Source: Negaprion brevirostris
Lineage: Eukaryota
DNA length: 64,000 bases
Assembly: GCA_030324005.1 (NCBI GenBank)
Contig: JARDVH010000121.1
Span: forward strand, 27,012,549 to 27,076,548
Reading direction: 5' to 3'
Numbering within the stretch: position 1 is the first letter of the stretch; every line of letters begins with the position of its first letter. Made by a program: the position numbers and the translations under genes. This document shows, piece by piece, positions 48,051 through 61,789 of the stretch. The notes beneath the pieces are model-generated. The model saw only the letters and a list, made by a program, of their open reading frames with translations, ran no database searches and had not been told where the DNA came from.

Positions 48051-48751
48051 AACTCCCAATATTCCTATTGAATCCATACTTAATGAGTTGCTGTGTACTG
48101 GCTGCAAGTTGACTTGCACTAATTTTGCATAATTTACCAAAGTGGGCATTTGTCTAGGGGACACTACTGTGGTGATGTCTGAAGCTCTGCCCATGTGATT
48201 CATGTACCATCTTAAGATTCTTTTTATATGGAGGCATAAGTATTTGGATACCAATGGAATTTGTTTTGCATATTGGGATGCAATAATACCCACGGAATCA
48301 TAAAACCACAAACTCCATGCAGTCACCTAAATTTGAAATGGAACCCTGGTGTTGAGACAGCAGTGCTAACCACTCCGTCCTAAATATCAGTCAGTATCGG
48401 CATGTGTCTCTAGAATTACTTTACCCAAAATATAGAATTGGCTATGAAATCTGCATCAAATATCTTTTTAAAAACTGAAATTTGAAGTCCCTGGGTGTGA
48501 AAGACTTGTGACTGATCCCTGCTTGGAATATTTCAAGTTGCTTCAATTATTTTCATCAACAGTGCCAATGAACTTGCTAAGTCACTTCAGCAGAGGCAGG
48601 AAAGAGAATTTGATATAGTAAAGGAAAAATAATCATTTAAAGATTTTATAGTCTGTCACATGTAGGTTTACATTAACACTGCAGCAAAGTTACTGTGAAA
48701 ATCACCAATGATTTGAGTATCCATTGTCTGAAAATACTTTTGTTTTTGAAG

Positions 48752-49061
48752 ATGCCAGCCTTGGATGGTCCAAGACGTACTGTGGAATTGAAACAAAATG
48801 CTCAAAGACTGCCTGCTGGAAGTTTGTCAGCACAACATATCGTGTCTTCAAGTAATGCAGGCCAGCAAAATTTACCTCTTCAAACATTGGTTCTGCCTGC
48901 CAATTCAGCTCCAATAAAGCGTCAGGTGTTAACAAATCAAGTAAAACAGACAGGGCAAGTGCCCCTCCAAAAGCAGGCTTGCCGAAAAGCAGAAGTTCAA
49001 CAAATTTCTGAACCTCCCAGAAAGCAAACCAGTGCACAACCTGTTGAGGCATCACGTGATG
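48752..49061 (+). CDS. AURKA: Aurora kinase A coding exon 2 (N-terminal regulatory region)
   Basis: Encodes MPALDGPRRTVELKQ...QTLVLPANSAP...ASRD, similar to GPKRV/QRVLCPSNS in human AURKA. AG at 48750-48751 and G|GTATGT; 310 nt, phase 1. Confidence 0.85.
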
Positions 49062-50299
49062 GTATGTATACTTCTAAAACTGATATGGCATAGAATGTTA
49101 ACAATATTGTCCTCCAATAATTGCTAATTTGTATGGAGTATGGTTTTTATAGTTAACATTTGATTTCTTGTAGAAGATCAGTCAGTGGGGTCCAGTAAAG
49201 TATTTTTCCATTCTTGAATTGTAGTTCTGAGTCCAAAATATTTGAAGTAATATTGGTTGTTGCAGAATTCCCTCTGAAGAGATGTTCAGCAGGTCATGAG
49301 GTTAGGTGCACGTAGGAGATCAGATTTATTTTCAACTGGAGTTGGGTGTCTTGGAATCTGATTGGGAGGCTTTCTAAAATACTTTAGTTTAAAGCTTCTT
49401 GGTTATTGATGTAAAGCCTTTAGCTGCTGCTTGCATGTTCTTCTGTAGTCTGACCTGGTCTGATTCTTTAGATAAGCTGATTTGGGTCACATGACCTATA
49501 CTGGAATCATCCGACCAGATTGTTTTGGACATGTGAAAACCATCACTACGCAATAAAAGACATTTAGATGCCTTTTTCTCAAAGTTTGGATAACTTATTT
49601 TGTCAGCTTTCTTCCGTTAAATTACAAATTTAACAAAGAGCCCAGTTATTCCATCTTTGGAGTAAGATTCAAACACAGATGTGTGCTATCTGGGTATGGT
49701 TAGTCAGGGTGGAGCCCCTCAACCATCACCAGCCAGTGATACAATTGAACCTTCCAGAAGCTTGATGAGCAAAATTCCCATACCTCTTGGCCAAAAGACA
49801 TTTTAAAAATATGAAAGATGCTTCCACAGGAAATAGTTGATGTTGAAAATTATGAATAGGACTTGCCTTCACAAGATCATGCCACACTATTACTGTATTC
49901 TTGTGCTGTCAAATTATCTGCATTTCATTCAGCTACTAAGTTGGGAAAATGAATTGCAGCTGGAACAAAGCATCTTTCATATTTGGCATTTATTGAACTT
50001 TCAGGCCAATACACATAAAGACACTGTCTTTATTTGCAATTTTGTTTTTGCGTAAAATTGATACTTGGAAAGCTTTGCCTGTTTTTGTTATAAAAGCTGA
50101 AAATGTAGTAACTTTTAGGCTTGTTACTGTGATTTCTCTATATGTATTGTCAGAAACTTTGCCTTTTGTGCTTTAGGCTTCTCAAATTAAGTAGTGATGA
50201 GATTTTTTGGGGTTTCAAGCTTCTATAGAGCTAATTGTTTTATTGGTGACTTAACAGACTTTCTCAGAAGACTAAACAATTTGGCATTTTAGCTAAACA

Positions 50300-50755
50300 T
50301 CTTTTACAGATGCACCACAGAGCATTCTTTCTGGTTGTATCATAGCTTGGTAAGGCTCCTGCTCTGCCCAAGAACTGAAGGAATTACAAAAGGTCATGAA
50401 TGTAGCCCAATCTGTCATGCAAACCAGCCTCCCATCCATTGACTACCTTTCCTGCTGCCTCAGCAAAGCAGCCAGCATAATTGAGGATCCCATGCTCCCA
50501 CATTCTCTCTTCCACCTTTTTCTAGGTGAAAAAAATACAAATGTCTGAGGTCGCGTACCAACTGACCCAAGAACAGCTTCCTTCCTGCTGCTGTCAGACT
50601 TTTGAATGGACTTGCCTTGCATGAAGTTGATCTTTTTCTACACTGTAGATATGATTCTAACACATTCTGCACTCATTTCCTTCTCTAGTATATTTTTCTG
50701 TATACATGAAAGAAAAAATACTTTTCGCTTAATACATGTGACAATAATAAATCAA
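50300..50755 (+). mobile_element. Rex1/Babar-like LINE 3' fragment
   Basis: FYRCT.(E)SILSGCI.AW-like remnant at about 50304-50350 and tail AATACATGTGACAATAATAAATCAA (also at about 41545-41570). Confidence 0.6.
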
Positions 50756-52017
50756 AGATCTTTGGAGCCTAATTGCTGCAAAAAAGCCTGTAAAGTGATA
50801 GTATTCATTTAAAAAGTGCAGCTTGAACAATTCCCATTGAACTTCTTGCACACCTTGTCCCTGGTGTATCAGTCTGAAGCATTAAAGTGGAGTTGCACCA
50901 TGTAAAAGTTTAGGAAACCCTGTCCTTGAGTTTGTCTGACTTAATGTTGATTTACCAATAAGGATGTGCTTTTGTCAGATTTTTATTGGTTCATACAGTA
51001 GTTGGGTTGAGCACAGCAAATGAACTCCCTTGAGGTTTTGCCTGATAACCAAATGTTTTTCTAGTCTAGCATCACTGTCATAAGTAAGACTTCACATTTT
51101 CATCTAAAAACAGAAGCTAGAATTTGATCTGTTAGTAACTATCTGCCACCATGTTTTCCTGCCATTCTGGGAAGTACACTGAAAATCAATAACATTTTTA
51201 CACAATGTATAATAATCAAAGTATTAGGTCAAAATTTGATTTTTCTCATTGCTCCTTTTCACCAGCAAAAAAATCCAAGTTAGCTGTTCATATAGTTCAG
51301 GCTGGATATATTTATAAACCCAGCAAACACTCCTGCCACACTTGGATGTACAAATGAATCATTTGCTGATATGATATTCACCTGTGGGTAACAAATGTTT
51401 TCTTGGTGATGTCATGAAAATAAAGCTCATCTTTATTAAAAAGTAGCTGAAAAGTATTTTGTACGGTAGTATTTTAATTGCTCATAATTTACCAGGAGAG
51501 GAATGTTGCTCTTGTGTTTGTGCAAAATGCCACAATGAAAGAGATGGAATTTTACACAGTTTGCAATTTTTATTACTGCCAAAACTATCCCCTGAGCTGA
51601 ATGTATATTGGCCTGAAAGTTCAATGAATGTTGAATATAAAAGATGTTGTTCCAGTTGCACCTCATTTCCCCCAGTTTAGGAGATGAATGAAATGCAGAT
51701 ATTTGACTGTTTTGAATAGAATTGGGAATTTGAGTCTTGCCATGGAATATTGGGTCTGAGCGATCTATCCTAGATGAAGGATATTTGAGCACATGTAGAG
51801 AGTGCATTATTTGCTGAAGGTATGTTTGAGGAATGTATGGGAGGACAAATAGTGATGCAGTTATATCAGAATTAAGTTGTACCTAACAGAACATGTTCTA
51901 TTAGGCCATGTTAAAACCAAATTGGGGAAGGAGTCAAGGAATAGTTGTTTCATAATGGAGGTTTGTGTGTATTAGTACTGTAGACTACATGATGATGAAT
52001 TTTATTGTATTAAATAG

Positions 52018-52075
52018 GAAAACCGGCTGAGAATGCATCGACAGATTGTCATAATGCAAGTGAGAAGAAAAAGAA
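52018..52075 (+). CDS. AURKA: Aurora kinase A coding exon 3
   Basis: Encodes GKPAENASTDCHNASEKKK. AG at 52016-52017 and AA|GTAAGT; 58 nt bridging phase 1 to phase 2 as required. Confidence 0.85.
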
Positions 52076-52771
52076 GTAAGTTTCAACTAGTCTCCACTCT
52101 CTTGAATTTCTCCCTCATAAACTCCGTTAATTTCCATAATGGACCCCTGTACTCATGTGGCCTCTACTCACATTTTGTCGATCATTAAGGTTCTCCCTGA
52201 TCATCTTGAACCATTCATATCCCCCTCTGAACCCACTACCTCCGTTCACACAGTCCACAGCTGGAGAGGGAAAATTCCAAACTGCTTGGTCTTAGGCCAT
52301 TTGTTCACAATTATATAGTTTGTTTATGGCAAATAATTGCCTTCATTTATCACCAGATATTGTTGACCTGTAACAGTACTATATCAAGTCCTCTTCTCAG
52401 CCAAAGCTGCTCTTCAGGATCATTCAAGAGCGCAAAGCCAATTCTCTGTTCCTAGATTACAGCCTGTCTTCTGGAACTTCCCCACCATTATCAACAAATG
52501 TAAGGTGCTTCCAAACTTTGTCACTGAGATTGTGGCCATGTATTTAACTGTCTTTCCCTTTCCTCTTCCAGCCCTATGATCCTCCAAGATCTGTGCTTCT
52601 ACATTCATGAAGAACTGCAAATTATCTGCCAGGACACTAACCCCTAGAATATCCTCAGCCTTTACCCTTCGTCCTTTTAAGTGTTCCTTAAAATCTACCT
52701 GTTGATCAGGCTTTTGGCCACCTATCCTAATGGCTCCTCTTGTACTATGTTAGTGCTGTAGTGTACATATG

Positions 52772-52862
52772 TGAAGATGCTGGTGTTGGACTTTGATAAA
52801 CACAGTAAGAAGTCTCAACACCAGATTAAAGTCTTTAACCTGGTGTTGAGACTTCTTACTTG
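52772..52862. mobile_element. Miniature Penelope-like fold-back with 11-bp TSD
   Basis: AGTAAGAAGTCTCAACACCAG.TTAAAG/CTTTAACCTGGTGTTGAGACTTCTTACT palindrome. GTGTACATATG at 52761-52771 and 52863-52873. Confidence 0.8.
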
Positions 52863-53469
52863 GTGTACATATGCAGGTTATGGGTGTACCATGCAAATAA
52901 TGCATTCAGCCTGCAAGTTAAACATTGATGTGAAACAATTCATTAATACCACTGGAAAGTGTTTGTAATGCCTTCGATCCACTCCACTCATGTTGAACAT
53001 CCTTGGCAGTATTAAGAATGGCCTAAATTGGCTGATTTATTTTGGACTAAGAGCTGGAACTTTTCAGCCCCTCTGCCTGCCCCTATTGTAGGTTTCCCTG
53101 CAAGGAGGACCAGTAGGTATTAAAATTTCTTCAACGGGATCACGGGTTCCTACCACTGGCTGGAAAATTCCAACCAAGGAGTTGTCAGATTTCCCAAAAA
53201 AGTTTGCAGGGTATTAGCAAGAGCATGAATAATGACTCTTGCCCATTTTTAATTATTTACTCAAGGTTTTTGAAAAATCCTACCAGGGTAGCTCTATTCC
53301 TCATAGTTTTCTCTTAAAATCTGGAGAAATTGCTGAATGTTTGTAGATGAATCAGTGTTTTAAAAAATTGCCTGATGCAAGTGAATACATTGACCAAAAC
53401 AACATGTTTTCCAGTTTGCTGAGGACAAGTTCTGTAATACTGGGAACCATGGATGTCTAGGGCAATTTG

Positions 53470-54540
53470 AGACTGGGTGAGAAGACAAAGGCTTTTAGCA
53501 AGCCCAGAGGGAGCAATTCAGCTGTAATCTTGGAGGAATATAGGAAGTGCAAGAGGGAACTTGAAGTCCTTAGTGGAAAGGGAGCATGAAAATGACTTGT
53601 GAACAGGATTAGAGAGAATCCTAAGATTTTGTGAATACATTATAGGGAAGAGAGGTTAACCAGGGAAAGCGTCGGATACATTAGGAGCAAGTGGTCAATC
53701 TGTGAAGCCACAGGATATTAAAAGGGTGTTAACTGAATACTTCGGCCTTCACTCTGGAAAAGGAAAATTTTTTTCAGGAAAAGGGACTGAGGAACTTGCA
53801 CTGAAATGGGAAGATATTGGAGACTTTGACAAGATTAAACAGACCTATGGTGTGGATGCATTCCATTCCAGGCTGCTGTGGATGCAAGACAAGAAACTGC
53901 AGGGGCTCTGACACATTTTTAATTTCTGTCCAAGGGGGGAGGGGGTCCACTTTTTCAAGGGTGGTAGAGATGGAACACAGGCAAGTCTCATGTCAGGAAG
54001 TATTGGGAAGAATTAATATCCAAAGGCATGGCTTTGTCAGAGGGAGGCCATGCTCAACAAATTTGTTAGAACTTTTTGAAAATGTGATCACATGTGTCAA
54101 TTGGGGAAGTTCAGTTAATGTAGCTTATTTGGCTCTTGAAGCTTTTGAAGTCCCATGTGGGAGACTGAAGGTTAAACCACATGGAATTTAGGGAAACTTG
54201 CCAAGATGGATCAGGAACTGGCTTGACAGTAGGACACAGGGTAGTAATAGAAGGCTGAAGAAACTGGATAGCTTTCTTTAGAGCCAAATGAGTGGGAAGC
54301 AGCTGTTTCTCTTGATTGGGGGAGGGGGCATAGTTTTGAGAAAACAGCTTCACTCAAGGATGGTTGGAATCTGGAGTGCTCTACCTGGAAAAGTAGTGGA
54401 GGTTGGAAACTGCAACCTCTAAGAAAAAAGTATTTGGATGAGAACTTGAAATGTAACTTTCAAGGATATGGGATTAGTGCACTTTGGTAGTTATAAATAA
54501 TGCACATTTGATGGGCTGAAGAGCCTTTTCTGTATGACTA
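53470..54540 (+). mobile_element. Degenerate CR1 LINE ORF2 fragments
   Basis: Remnant QRHGFVRGRPCSTNLLELFENV...G..VNVAYL...AF.VP.GRL (RT domain). Confidence 0.8.
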
Positions 54541-54658
54541 ACTTCAGTCTCTTCTGTGGTGCTATTGGCCTTTAGGGAACAGCACATCAATTTCTGAAAT
54601 TATAAAATTCAGACTCAAGAATGCTGAACAATCCAATGTGATCAATTTTATTTCTTAG

Positions 54659-54850
54659 AAAGCAGTGGTGTTTGGATGACTTTGAAATTGGCCGACCACT
54701 TGGAAAAGGCAAATTTGGAAATGTGTACTTGGCCCGTGAGCGACAATCCAGATTTATCCTGGCATTGAAAGTGCTTTTTAAATCACAACTTGAAAAGGCT
54801 GGTGTGGAACACCAACTCCGAAGAGAAGTTGAAATCCAGTCACATCTCAG
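54659..54850 (+). CDS. AURKA: Aurora kinase A coding exon 4 (kinase subdomains I-III)
   Basis: Encodes [64 protein letters not shown]. 192 nt, AG/GT. Confidence 0.97.
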
Positions 54851-55899
54851 GTATTATACTTAAATTTTTCTTTGTCAATGTGCATAGTGGACAGGATAAG
54901 CCCTTAATCCATCTCCTTATGGTGCCTGTTCCTTTAGTACAGTGATGCATGCCTTAGTACCACTTTGTTTATAGAATGCCTGCCATAGACAGTTTGGGCA
55001 GTTAAATAACTCCGCTGTAAGATTGAATCAGATCTTGGACAAATAACTTAATGTATGCAGTAATTGATATGAAAACTGGCAACCAATTCAATTGAGAAGT
55101 TGCAAATGTAGACTTTGCTAGTTGACTCATACTGTTTGTTTTGCACAAATGGTATAATTTCCCTTGGCCTATGGCATTGTATGAACAACTATCAATCTTT
55201 TTCTCAAAAGGAACAAATGTTTCAATCTGTAGTCAATTGTTTGGCTATTTACTGTTTCAAAGCTTTCTATTTTTCTGTATTTGATTTGACTCAATCCGTA
55301 CTTTCGTTTTCCCTTTATTTCTCCATCCTTAAGTGTCACTGGTATGGAGTAAACTTGATTCTGCTGTTCAAGTGTCAAATGTGCTAATGTTAATCAGCTT
55401 GCAATTCCAGCAGGTTACAGTGCACAAATTTTGAACAGATTTGGTCACAAAGTCCTAATAGGACATGCCACATGATTCCTTGCTCTAGCAGGGTTAGTAG
55501 TTAAAAACCCTGTCTTCCATAACCAAAGATTCACTTNNNNNNNNNNGTGAGCACATATAATTGGTTTAGCTATCCTGATTTGACAGCTTTGATCCTTCAT
55601 GATCAACTAGGGTTGTTATCTGGAGCTAAATGCAGTAGGTGTGTTTATTACATGTGCTGGTTGAGAAAGTAACAGCCAACTGTGTTTCAGCTTCTGTTCT
55701 ACCAGTTTGTTTTGGTTTGAAAACTTCTGGTGCTTTTGTCATAGTACCAGCCACTAGATGGCACTGTTTAGAAACAGTTATAAATTACAATATACAAACC
55801 AGACTAGAAACATAGTATGGCAGCATTAATTATTAGCAGTCAGAGCATTTTCATGTTGAAGGGATAGCCAAAAGTTTACACTCCAAGCTATTAAGTAGC

Positions 55900-57065
55900 G
55901 TGAACAAAGAAAATGACAGCACAGGAACAGGCCCTTCAGCCCTCTAAGCCTGCACTGATCATGCTCCCCTACCCTTTCGGGGACCATGTACCTCATTCCC
56001 ATTTTATTCATTTACCTGTCGAGATACCCCTTAAAAGTCACTACCGTATCCAGTTCCACTACCTCCCCTAGCGTCAAATTCCAGGCACCCACTACTCTGT
56101 ATATTAAAAATCTGTCTCGTACATCTTGGTTAAACCTATGCCCCTTAGTAATTGACTCTGCCAACCTGGGAAAAAGCTTCTGACCATCCATTCTGTCAAT
56201 GCCTTTTATAACCTTGTAGACTTCTATCAGGCCACCCCTCAACCTCTAATGTTCCAGTGAGAACGAACCAAGTTTCTCCAACCTCCCCTCATAGCTAGTG
56301 CCCCCCGTACCAGGCAACATCCTGGGAAGTCTTTTCTGTACCCTCTCCAAAGCCTCCACATCTTTGTAGTGTGGTGACCAGAATGGAACACTATATTCCA
56401 AGTGCGGCCTAACTAAGGTGCTATAAAGCTGCAACATGATCTGCCAATTTTTAAACTCAATACCCTGGTCAATGAAGGTAAGCATGCTGTATGCCTTCTT
56501 GACTACCTTCTCCACCTGCATTGCCACTTTGTGATCTGTATACCCAGATCCCTTTGCCTATCAATACTCTTCAGGGTTCTGCCATTTTACTGTATATTTC
56601 CTATTTGTATTAAACCTTCCAAAATGCGTTACCTCACTTGTCCAGATTAAACTCCATCTGTCATCTCTCCACTCAAGTCTCCAACCAATCTGTCTCTGGT
56701 CCTCATTGCTAGCCACAAATTTACTAATCAAGCAAGTTATATCTTCCTCCATTGTAATATTACAAACAGCAAAGGTCATGGCACTAATCCCTGAGGAACA
56801 CAGCTTGTCTCAGCCCTCCATTCAGAAACATACCCTTCCACTGTTACCCTGTCTTCTTTGAGACAATTTTGTAGCCACCTTGCCATCTCACTTCTGATCC
56901 CATGCAACTTCACCTTTATACCAGTCTGCCATGAGGGACCTTGTCAAAAAAGCCTTACTGAAGTCCAAATAGACAACATCCACTGCCATCAGTCATCACT
57001 GTAATTCCCTTGAAACTCAATCAAGTTCGTGAGACATGACCTCTCCTTAACAACCATGCTGCCTC
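55900..57065 (-). mobile_element. CR1 LINE RT 3' part, reverse orientation
   Basis: Minus ORFs read LQLYSTLVRPHLEYSVPFWSPHYKDVEALERVQKR and RGGLIEVYKVIKGIDR. Confidence 0.88.
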
Positions 57066-57616
57066 ATGTAGGTAGAAGAGACCAATCAGGCTTTTTAAGT
57101 TACCTGAAACTCGTATTTAGCAAATGCTAATAAGCAACCAGAAACCACCACTACTATTTTATGTGGAATAGAAACGAATAGGGCATATTTAGGATGGGGA
57201 GTTCTCTTGCATTGTACAAGAGATTTGGGGGTTTAAACAAAAAACACTAATCCAAACTTAGGGGGGGAACTGAAGGAAGTATAGAAGCTGGTTACTGAAA
57301 TGGTGTGATGCTGTGGATGCATGCAATGAGGATCATGAGATTTGGAGCTCCTAGGTCCCAGTAATATCTCCAAGCAAATCAATACCAGATAGCCTAAGAA
57401 CATGAACAGGAGTAGGCCACTTGGCCCCTCAACCTTGCTCTGCCATTCAATATGATCATACTTTTTTGTGGGCTCAGCTCCACTTATCCACTGCTCATCA
57501 TAACCCTTGTATTTGAACAGTAAAAAGAATTATCTCGCTTTGCCTTAAAAACATTCAATGAGGTAGCCTCAGCTTCATTGGACAGGGAATTCCAGATTCA
57601 CAACCCTTTGGGTGAA

Positions 57617-59750
57617 GATTGCAACATTTCTCCATGTGGTGGGATGTAAAACTACTAGAAGGCCCAGTCCATCCAGCAAAGCCAGGAGTTACACCTGTAA
57701 GGAATTGACAAAGATGTTAAAGCATTTTCTGTTGCAGAAAGATTTAGTTTCCACTGCTGAAGCCAGGATGAAGGCCAAAGCATTTTAGTGTCTGGCAAGT
57801 TAAGTATTGCAAATTTGATGTGACAGTCAATAGTACTCTGATGGGTTGGTATGTAGACTCCAGAATGAAACTATCCAGAGAAAGCTGCTCACAAAGTACA
57901 TCAATTTGAAATCAAAAGTAGAAATGCATTGTCAATGGAGTTGGCTGCAAGAGGCTTTGCAGAAAGCTTGGAGGGGTGGGGTTGAGTCACAAAATGGAGA
58001 CTCCTAGGGATAAATCTGCAAAACTAAAAGCATTCACACAATGTGCATAAATTGGGAGAATGCTGGAGTAGAGAAAACTGCAAGTATTGTGGCATAAAAG
58101 GCCATATTGCCAAAACATGCTGGACACAGTAAACTGATATACCAAAAATGCACAAGATGACAGTCAAAGATAATGTGCCAAGATAAATTCAAGAGCTGAA
58201 GCTAGGCATCTTTTCAGTACAGGATATTCTATTTTTGAATATCTGCAAAACTGTGGTAAACTAGTCAAAATATATAGGTCAATACTAGAGTTGCTGTGTC
58301 TCTCATCTAAAGTAACTGCCATTGAAACCATTAAATTTTGTTCAGGAATGTACAAGAGGTTATACCACAATTTTATAATTATGCTTCCACTGTAAATGGG
58401 CAAGCAGCAGACTTGGCTCCATATCTTCCATGGGAAATTTCCTGCTCTATTTGGTCAAGCATGGTTGGGGGGGAATTAATCTTGAGCTGTAAATTAGCCA
58501 ATAGGAAAACTGACCTATAGAAATTTCTGTACATTGATGCTTTATCAAGATTGCCATTGCAAATCAAAGAATCTGAAGAGAATTTTTGACATCCTGTATT
58601 TCTGAAGTGAATAGTGTACCAGGAACACATCTAGTGATGGGAAAGGTTATGGAAATGGTCCTAAAATGGAATGATGTCAAAAGTACATGCAAGCTGTACT
58701 TCACAAGACTTGACCTGACAGTCCATGATGGAGTTTCATTACGGGGAATTGGTGATTATTCTTCCATGCCTGTGTTGAAGAATCCTTGAACAGCTTTGTC
58801 CTTGAAGGACATCCAGATGTGGTGAGAATGAAGGAACAGGCATGTAGCTTTTCTTGATAACCAGGTTTGGATACCCAAATCAAAGTGAAACAATGTTAGT
58901 CTTGTGCGAAACTAAGAACTCCACTGCTACAACCCAACCTGTATATCCTTGAATAGTCAACAGCCATGTCAGCAAGTGCACAGATTACACTGGTCCAGAG
59001 GAGGAGTATATGTTCCTCGTAATTTATGTACACCTAAAATGGCCAGAATGGTGATTGTGAAATCCACAGCATCCAAACAATACTGAAGCTGGATGAAATA
59101 TTTGGTAGACCAGAGGAAATAGTAAGTGATAATGGGGTACAGTTTCCTTCCAAGGAGTTTGAAGTCTACTTGAAAGGAAATGCACAACACAAGTTATCTC
59201 TGTACCATCCAGGCATTAAAGGACCCAAGGTACACTGCCAGGACAAGCAAATAACCTTGATACAGGAACACCTGCCTGCAACAAAGTCCACCAATGCAAT
59301 GCAGCTTTAAAAAGAAAGCTAAATGTTTAGCCTGTTGATGTCACCTGATACTTCAGACATGTCAAACAACAAAAAGCAGATTGCTCAGAGGAAACAGGAC
59401 TCTTCAGAAAGAACAAGTACTAGCTAGAAGTTGCACTCCAATGAAAAATGGCATAACCTGCTGTTACCCAAGCAAAGACCAGCCCAACATCTTGCACTGT
59501 ACAGGCAGATGAGAGTTTGGCAACATCACAGACCAGATACTCACCTCGGTGAAACTTGTAGTTTGGAAATTTCAAGTAGTAATCTCTGAACTGAGACAGT
59601 TCCAGATTCAACTTCTAAAGAAACTCCAACACCAATTGAAACTGATATCAAAATGGGCTCAAGAAAGAGGACACTTACAAAGGTCTAAGCAGCCAAATTC
59701 CAGAATGTCTAGCACAACCAAAATAGTTGTCTGCTTGAGACTTATTGTAT
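57617..59750 (+). mobile_element. Degenerate, internally deleted Gypsy/Ty3 LTR retrotransposon (gag, protease, integrase remnants)
   Basis: CCHC knuckle CKYCGIKGHIAKTC at 58079-58120, protease-like VNTRVAVSLI at 58278-58307, DALSRLPL at 58536-58559, LEGHPDVVRMK at 58801-58833 and FGRPEEIVSDNGVQF at 59101-59145. LTRs were not identified. Confidence 0.8.
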
Positions 59751-60085
59751 TGTTGAAAAATGATACATTTAATGACAAGTTTGCATTTAGAACTAAAGTA
59801 GTTGCATTTCTGGTAGAACATCACATAACCATAGTGTCATATGCAAAGAATTTTACAGGCTTTTGAGGCACTTCGTCTTGGTCCTTGGGCAAGCAACATT
59901 TCCTGAAACCTGCAATATTTTTTAACCCAGGAGTGTGGCAACTCCCTTTTGAAATTCCTGGTCAGTATAGCTTATTCAAATGAGCCACACATGAAATGAG
60001 GACCATTCTATCCCTGTATGTTCAACTCACTATTTGAAGTAGTGATTAAGCATTTTCATCTATATTGAATGTTTTCTTTCCACAG

Positions 60086-60224
60086 GCATCCAAATATTTT
60101 ACGGCTATTTGGCTACTTCCATGATGATTCTAGAGTTTATTTGATCTTGGAGTATGCTCCTCGTGGTGAACTTTATAAAGAACTGCAACGATGTGGAAAA
60201 TTTGATGACGGGCGAAGTGCTATG
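60086..60224 (+). CDS. AURKA: Aurora kinase A coding exon 5
   Basis: Encodes [46 protein letters not shown]. 139 nt, AG/GT. The Gly in GYFHD (human G198 equivalent) marks Aurora A rather than B. Confidence 0.96.
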
Positions 60225-60868
60225 GTATGAGAAAACTATTGTTCTTGGAACGCAAATAGGAATTCCAATCAGCACAAATATATGAAGGTTGTAGTTTAAT
60301 TTTTACTCTGGCACTTGTAATCTGGGGCATACCTAACCAGCTCCTTGGAGAGGCATCACTCTTAAAGACCCTTACTACTGTCTGAGTGTTTTTTAGTGAT
60401 CATGACTGGATTGCAACTGCCTTCAACCATTCCCATTGTTCATTCACTAAACCCAGCAATGCAGTGCTTGTTATGTCCTTTTTATTGCTGCTCTCCTATC
60501 CTGATCAATTAACTCCACACAGATCAGAAATTGTGTACGGTCTAAGACTTGGTGCATAGAGCCCACTATGCTAGTTCAAACATCACTATCTCTTCCTGGG
60601 TGCACACAGCTGCTAAACAAAAGAGCAAAATTCTGTGGCAGCTGGAGAGGTCTAGGAGTGGGAAAAATACTGCAAATACGCAGGTCAGGCAGCATCTATG
60701 CAGAGAATTGGCTTATTTCTAACTTGCATGCTATTTAATAGCTGAACAAAATGTAGACTAAAATCAGGATGGTTAAGGATTTATATCCACATAACCCCAA
60801 TGAGTTATTAGATTTGATTCTGCAGGTACTACCAGCTAACAATTTTATAACCTTTTATCCTTTTTCAG

Positions 60869-61017
60869 TACATGTCTGAGCTGGCTGATGCACTAGTATA
60901 CTGTCATTCAAAGAAAGTGATTCATAGAGACATTAAGCCAGAAAATTTATTACTTGGAGCAAATGGCGAGCTGAAGATTGCAGATTTTGGATGGTCTGTG
61001 CATGCTCCAGCATCCAG
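60869..61017 (+). CDS. AURKA: Aurora kinase A coding exon 6 (HRD, DFG)
   Basis: Encodes [50 protein letters not shown]. 149 nt, AG/GT. The gene continues beyond the window. Confidence 0.97.
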
Positions 61018-61789
61018 GTACTAATTTTAATGGGCATATATCTACATGAAATCCTGTAATTTTTGCCTTCTGATACTAGAATAGATGTATCCTGTCAGCT
61101 TAATCATTTCATTGCATTGGGTGCATAACTTTTGATTTTTGAAAAAAACATTCAATTTTGTTTAGCTTTTGCAATGTGATGGGACTTGACTAACTTTTAG
61201 GAGCCCAATTATTTTCCAGCCTGTTGATTACACTTCAGTTCCATTTGTCTTATGTTTTTTGGGCTACAATATTCCTTCAAGCTGTTAAAGGTTCTGATTT
61301 TGGCTTTCATGGCTCCACATTTCTTAATTTTCAACTTGCATTTAGTATTGGTAGGTTTCCATGTGACAACCTTTAACTGGTGAGGGAGTAAAGTGTGAAT
61401 GAGAATTGAGGAAGCTAATTTTGACTGACTATTTGGGTCACTGTCAGAAGTCTGATTCAGCATACTTGCAGTCTCCAATTACTTGTTTGAAATCTAACAA
61501 TGGATCCAGATTTTTGGCCTTGTGGTAAAATGTTCTGTGTAAAGCATGATCGTAAGTGGGAAGTATTACATCCTGTTGAAGTACAACACAGAAGGGGTAA
61601 ACTGGCTCTCCTTTTACTCAGCCTCCTTTAACTGGTCACAATGTTGAAGTTTAAGGATATGCTTTTTCTGAATCTATTTTGGATGTGAACAATGAGAAGC
61701 CGATTGAATCGGGTTTCTCAAGTCAGCAAACTTATTATCCACTAAACCTGAAAACTAATACATGATGTCAAACATTCAGCTCTTGGGCA

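Noticed and set aside
57257-57272. Polypurine tract / LTR start for the Gypsy relic
   Set aside because: It lies upstream of gag, on the wrong side for a 3' PPT, and no matching second LTR was found.
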